A stretch of DNA of 48,494 bases, counting the filler, from Streblomastix strix (taxonomy: Eukaryota), in NCBI GenBank assembly GCA_008636045.1. It is 2 parts of 2 records of this genome, joined end to end, with 100 filler letters (N's around TTAATTAATTAA, not from the genome) between each part and the next. Parts side by side here need not be neighbours in the genome. Positions count along the whole stretch, not along the records: positions 24,323 to 48,494 come from SNRW01000244.1; 1 more part is not named here. One strand, 5' to 3'. Shown one piece after another: positions 42,888 through 48,494 of this stretch (within the stretch, counting starts at the first letter, position 1; each line of letters starts with the position of its first letter). Made by a program: the position numbers and the translations under genes. Under the pieces are notes generated by a model. That model did no database searches. It saw only the letters and a list, made by a program, of their open reading frames with translations, and was not told where the DNA came from.

Positions 42888-45834
42888 ATGAACAGCGCTC
42901 TAGCGGTGAATGACAAAATTATTTCAAAAATATCTAGTACAAGTCCATCCAATATTATTGTAGTATAAAGTCTACCAAATTAGAAAAAGAAAGAATAATT
43001 TAAACCTTAGAGAATTGAATAAACAAATATCATGAAGAATAGGCCTCATTCTGCTCAAGTACTGAACTCTAAGGCAAATATTGATAATAATAAATGATCA
43101 TATTTTTCATCTATGATCGAGATTAACTAGGAATTTGTATAAATATAATTATTATTTCTTATTATTTTTGAGTTTTTTTTTGGTTTTTATTTAAAAAATA
43201 TTAGATCAACAGGTTAAGAGATATTGATGATATTGATCTTCTTCAATTATCTAACAATTAGAAGAAATAATATTTGGGTAATGCAGAATCATGCTAAGAT
43301 ATTCTAGATAATAACAAAGTTTATTTTATAACTTTAGTTTTATTTTAAAAGTTTTATTTTATTATTAGAAACTAACTTTCAAACAAGAGAGATTTGAATT
43401 TGGTAAGATCAAACCAGCCGTAATTTAATTAAGTTTGTTATTTTGTTTAATATTAAATAATTTAATATAAAATGCCATTATTTAGGTGACAACTAATGTT
43501 CTGTATAAAATAATGAAGAAAATAAATTATATTTAAGCCCAAAATAACAAAGATAACTTTCTTAGAATGAGATAGACAAGTTTTTTTATAATTCTTTCAT
43601 TAATTTATCCAAAATTTCCTATATTCAACTTTTTAGATTAACTGCAATTAAAATGATCTAAAAATAAAAAGGATATATAAATAAAAAAAAAATTAGTAGA
43701 AAGGGAATGGAAAATGGGATATTGAGTTATATTTATTTAGTAATTAATTGTTTTTTCATTTGAATTATAATAATTATTTGTTTTATTAACCATATTATAT
43801 AATATTAAGGTGGTGCATTCTTATCTCCTTGTCCTGAAATGGATCCATCAAATGCATAAGTTGAGTTATTAAAAGTTGCTAAATAAGTGGAAGAGAATAA
43901 AAGAAAAGAAAGAAATGAAAGTATGAAATAAGTTAGAGGATGGATAATAGATAAATAAAACATAAGAAAATATTACTTTAAAATTACTATTAAATTTTAT
44001 TTATTTATTATTAATTTATTATATTATACAATATCAAGAACTTTCCTTTTTCTAAAGGAGTACTTTACCTTTACCAAATTATTATTTATAAAACTTAATG
44101 AAAAAGAATCAACAACAAATATCTCAACCATTTTAAGCCGGAGATTTAATTTAACCATCCAATGTCATTAATTAGTCTTAATTCAATTTAAATATTAAGA
44201 AGAGAAAAGGTATTAAATGAATAACTCAGAAAGATCTATTGAAATTATTATAGAAAATTATTACAACGAATTTAATAATTTATTAATAGTGATAAATAAT
44301 TCATATTTTATTCTATTATTTATATTAATATTCAGGCCAAGCAAGTATAGAAGATATTAAAGCTGTATAGTAAGAAGAGTTAAGGTTAGAAAATGTAAGA
44401 ATTAAATGGGAGTGTAATTTATTATTATTTTCTTTATTTCTTCAATTTATCAATATTTACAACTAATAACAAATTCATTTTTCATTTTCCACAGATTACG
44501 TCTTCGACATCTACATATACCCAAAGAACGTGAAGTCAATATAGTAACAGGAAAATTGAACACATCTTATTAATATAATATATAATCTCCTCCTACAATT
44601 AATACAGAAATAACTCAAGTATAATAGAAAGAAGAATAGTAATAACAATATTTATAATAGAAACCCTAGATAATTAATTATTTTTCACGTTAACATCATT
44701 AAAATAACTAATAATAACTAGATCATTACCAAAATAAATAATAAATTTAAACTTTGTATAATCCTATATCTTAATAAAATAATAATATTCATTTAAGTCC
44801 AACAATCGATTTTAATATTTAATCTTCTCCTCCATTACACTCTTAAGAAATTAATATGGATAGTTTCCCTGATCCAGGTTTAGAAGATATGAATAATATT
44901 TAGACAAATTCTAATGATAATATATTATTTAATTTTAATATTAATAATAATGAAAATAAATAATATTAAAATGACTTGAAAGAAAATAAATTATAAAATA
45001 ATCTTGATTAATAATTTACTCAATAAGGAAATCAATAATAAAAGAATAAATAAGGAAATCAATAATACTCATAATAGCCAAGAATAATGCATCCAAATTT
45101 CAGACCACAAACAGCATCATCATATTTTAATACTTCACCTCATTTAGTTAAGAATCCATAATAATTAATAAATGCTCCAAAGGATACAAAAGATTTAAAT
45201 TAATCATCATCAATTTCTCATTCTTCATCTTAATTATAGCAAAATAATGAATAAAATACAAAAATTAACATTTAAACACTTAATCGATCGCAAAGACCAT
45301 AATCTGCTTCAGCCATTCAATAATTCACTCAATAATTCATTCTTCCTAAAGACTAATAGAATCAATAAAAGTTTGTTATGAAATATATTTGTTGTTGGAA
45401 TTTGAAATATTAAAAATATTGACATTTTATTATTTACAATTGTTGATTTTTTTATATTTCCTAATCTTAGTGAGTTTGGGTCAAAACAAAGATCATGTAG
45501 AAGACATTTTTTCCATTATGAAGGATTTGGAGGTAAAGATAGAAGTGCTTCCATTGATGATCCAATGCAAACTAAAATAGGACTAAAATAATGGTAAGAT
45601 GGAAAAGGAAGAACAAATGAATTTCTATAAAAGACTGTGATTATTAATGGAAAGGAATTTAATAATCTTGCTACAAACTATAATTCTAATGGGAGCATGC
45701 GATATCCCCCTAATATTATGATTTCTCCAGAAATAAAGCACCTCCCATCACTTATATCTGCTTATGAAGACAAAATTGCCACCAACACTCAATCTTCCTA
45801 TTTTAACGTTCAAAAACCATCACCAATCATATGA
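42888..45834 (+). CDS. Hypothetical Q-rich multi-exon protein with RPxSA/RPxTA motifs
   Basis: Many GT-AG-bounded exons; RPHSA, RPQTA and RPQSA motifs. An in-frame TGA at 43095 makes the 5' model uncertain. Confidence 0.5.
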
Positions 45835-45962
45835 GCTCAATTGAAATATGGACGTGCTAATGACAAATAAAAATTGTTTATACTTTAGTATTTATTAATA
45901 TAATCATATGAAGCTCATCAACCAAATTACTGTGTTATCTCAAGAGTTATCTTGAGATTGTA

Positions 45963-46849
45963 TCATACTTTAATCTTCTCTCTCTCGAGATACCATCCTG
46001 GTCCATTCTTGAGTTCTGCTAGCTTCAAATACTATTGTTGTGATGTGCTTGCAGATTTCTATTATCTTGCATTTAAACGAAACTTCTTCTTTGTTTCAAT
46101 TTCCTTCCTGAGCATTTCAACTTCCTCAGCAAGTTGTTCAATCTTCTCCAACGACTCCGGCCTCTGCAGCAATCGTTCCTCTGATCATTAATAATGTTGA
46201 AATATGAATATAAAATAGTGCGATAATACCATTTTTAAGCTTCTCCAGATCAGATCGCAACTGCTACACTTTCTTACACGAAGGTTGATTCCAATAAAAC
46301 TCTGCATACGTAGCTCCTGCATTATTTAAATGATCACTATTTTCTAAAAGCATCTTTCTAACAATTTGTAGGAAAAATAACCATTAGATTATAATATGAT
46401 ACCCAATATTCTTTAAAAAAATTTAAAAATACATTGATTATGAACTTTCAAAGTGCTTCCGCTCAACCTACTCACGTTTCAACTAGATTTCGTTTTTAAT
46501 TTGGCTTTCAATTATATATTCTCGAGCCAATTAATCCTCCTGAATACGAGCCTCAGCCTCCTTCACGGAAAAAACCCGATTTTGTTCGATAATATTTTTT
46601 TCCAGTTACGCGCGCCTCTCTTGCACTTAAGTAGATAATAGTTGTAAATTTAAGCTTACTGAAAGTATTATTCCATCATACATCCATTCAGTTCTGATAC
46701 AAAAGCATCCAGCCTGACTTCTGCGGCAAGAATTTTGTTGCTCTCGTTTCTGTGTCTGTGCTCTTATTCCTGAGTGAATATATAATAATCTGCAACTAAA
46801 ATACGCAAATATTTCACACGCTCAATTTTGCAAGTAAAGCTTCTGCCAT
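45963..46849 (-). CDS. Hypothetical coiled-coil protein, multi-exon
   Basis: MAEALLAKLS...EQLAEEVEMLRKEIETKKK...WYLEREKIKV followed by TGA. Confidence 0.6.
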
Positions 46850-46938
46850 TACTCTTTTCAACCCATAAAATTATTTGATGCTAAAAAGTGAGTTGAATTC
46901 ATTTACAGATAACAAAAAATGAAGTGAGTTGTAATGTA

Positions 46939-47951
46939 TCATGACTTGATTCCACAAACATAACCACGACCAACATCTACATAGCTGCGTTCTACGACTT
47001 ATCGCCCTTCTCTGAGAAAAATATTATCTATCTTGATAAAAAATTGTTACAAACCTTCTGGTTTTGTCTATAAGACGTGCAGCTGTTTCTTAATTGAAGC
47101 CGTTTTCAACCAGGATCTTCATGAGTGTATCGTCTGGCACACCACGAAGAACACTAGCACGTAATAAATATGAAAAAATCCAATAAAAATAAAACTAACT
47201 TTGTATTTATCCATTCAAGCCATTCATCTGGTATTCGTGTCATCATTGATTCATACAAGTCCAGAAATGAAACCTTAATTATAAATAAATAAAATATTCT
47301 AATAATCTAAATAATTCTTTAGAGTTAATCATACAAATCCATCACCATTAGAATCGAGAGCCATAAATTCATCTGTATATTCCTTTATAGCTTCATCACT
47401 AACTCCTTCTTCTTTCAATACAGTATATATGCCATCTCTTTTATATTTATAAGGTATCATAATATCAAAATAGAATGATTATATACCTCGTAATGACACC
47501 TCGATGCAGTTTGGAGACATCAAACTTTTTGAATTGTGCTAGTACATTCAATTCACACACTTCTTCACTTCTCCTCATAGCAACAAACTTTAAATTTATA
47601 AGAATAGGATTTAAAAATAAATAAAACTCAATAAAATACCTCTTTGAAATTAATTACACCATCTCTATCTAAATCAACTCGTTTGATTATTTCTTTAATC
47701 TTTTACTGAGTTTGATTAAAATAATTAATAGGAAATAATTATTTTGTTATTGTAAGATAAAATGAACAATAAACATTAGAAGGATACAACTGCACTGACT
47801 TCATCACTGTTTTAATTTCGTCAAAGTCAATGACGCCATCATTTTTCTACGTAATAAAAATATAATTAATGTTCAAAGAAATTAATGAATAAAATACCAC
47901 ATCAAATTTCTTAAAAATACGTGCTATTGCTTCTTCACTCTCTTGACTCAT
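46939..47951 (-). CDS. Calmodulin-like EF-hand protein with a C-terminal extension, ~8 exons
   Basis: EF loops DVKNDGVIDFDE, DLDRDGVINFKE, degenerate DVSKLHRGVIT and DSNGDGFVSFLD. Confidence 0.85.
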
Positions 47952-48367
47952 TAAACTTTTTATAAAATATAAAGAAATTAATAAATAAGAAATTATTTAA
48001 GGAAAATTCTGCTTTTTTATTATTATTTGCAATCTGCTTCAATAATTCTGTAAATTTATTGTTTTATAATTTGATTACATGCATTTAGATATGTAAATAA
48101 TTTTCTGCTTAAAAATTCATCATTAAAAATATTTTATTAGCTTACATTGGTGCAGAAAATAAATTTTAAGTTAACTCGTTCAATGTGGAGTTGCTAAAAT
48201 ACAAAGTATTTGATTAAACATAGACAAATATATTTAAACATACGGTTATAATAAAGACTTAATTAAGTATCTATTAACAAAGATTTGAAATAAATAAATT
48301 TTTAATCAACTTTAATACGATATTTTATTTGATAATAATTTGATAATTAAAGAGTATATTTAAATTG

Positions 48368-48494
48368 TCACTTCTTTTCCTACTTCTTCAAAGTAGATAA
48401 CTCAATAGCTATTTGGGCTGCAAGTTTAGCATTGTTTTACACCAGTTCGATGTTTGAACACAATGATTGACCTTCAGTTAATTCAGAAACTCTA
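48368..48494 (-). CDS. C-terminus of a pseudouridine-5'-phosphate glycosidase (PsuG/IndA family), partial
   Basis: RVSELTEGQSLCSNIELVQNNAKLAAQIAIEL matches the family's C-terminal helices. Confidence 0.75.

Overview
This is very AT-rich, intron-containing eukaryotic DNA read with a variant genetic code: TAA/TAG = Gln and TGA is the only stop, so the supplied ORF track is badly fragmented. The code, intron style and composition suggest an oxymonad such as Streblomastix (inference; ciliate-type hosts are not excluded). The window is two pieces joined by an artificial 100-nt spacer (N44-TTAATTAATTAA-N44, 24223-24322). The left piece has a split-domain AGC kinase and a Rab GTPase, followed by a ~16.5 kb intronless endogenous Polinton/Maverick-like virus (~7665 to >24222) that uses the host's reassigned code. 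The element encodes a protein-primed PolB with an HNH-like insert, a probable double jelly-roll major capsid protein, a penton-like protein, an A32-type packaging ATPase, a fibre-like protein, a free HNH endonuclease, several small ORFs and a small adenovirus protein VI-like amphipathic peptide with a paralogue. It starts with an AGTAGT...ACTACT 118-bp inverted repeat pair, is partly decayed and is cut off by the contig end; no integrase or adenain protease is visible. The right piece holds host genes: a Nab2-type CCCH protein fragment, cathepsin B, a large hypothetical protein, a SIM/UIM/RING-H2 ligase, a PPP phosphatase, Ctf8, two hypothetical proteins, an EF-hand protein and the 3' end of a pseudouridine-5'-phosphate glycosidase. 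All calls come from manual translation and motif recognition; no database searches were run.
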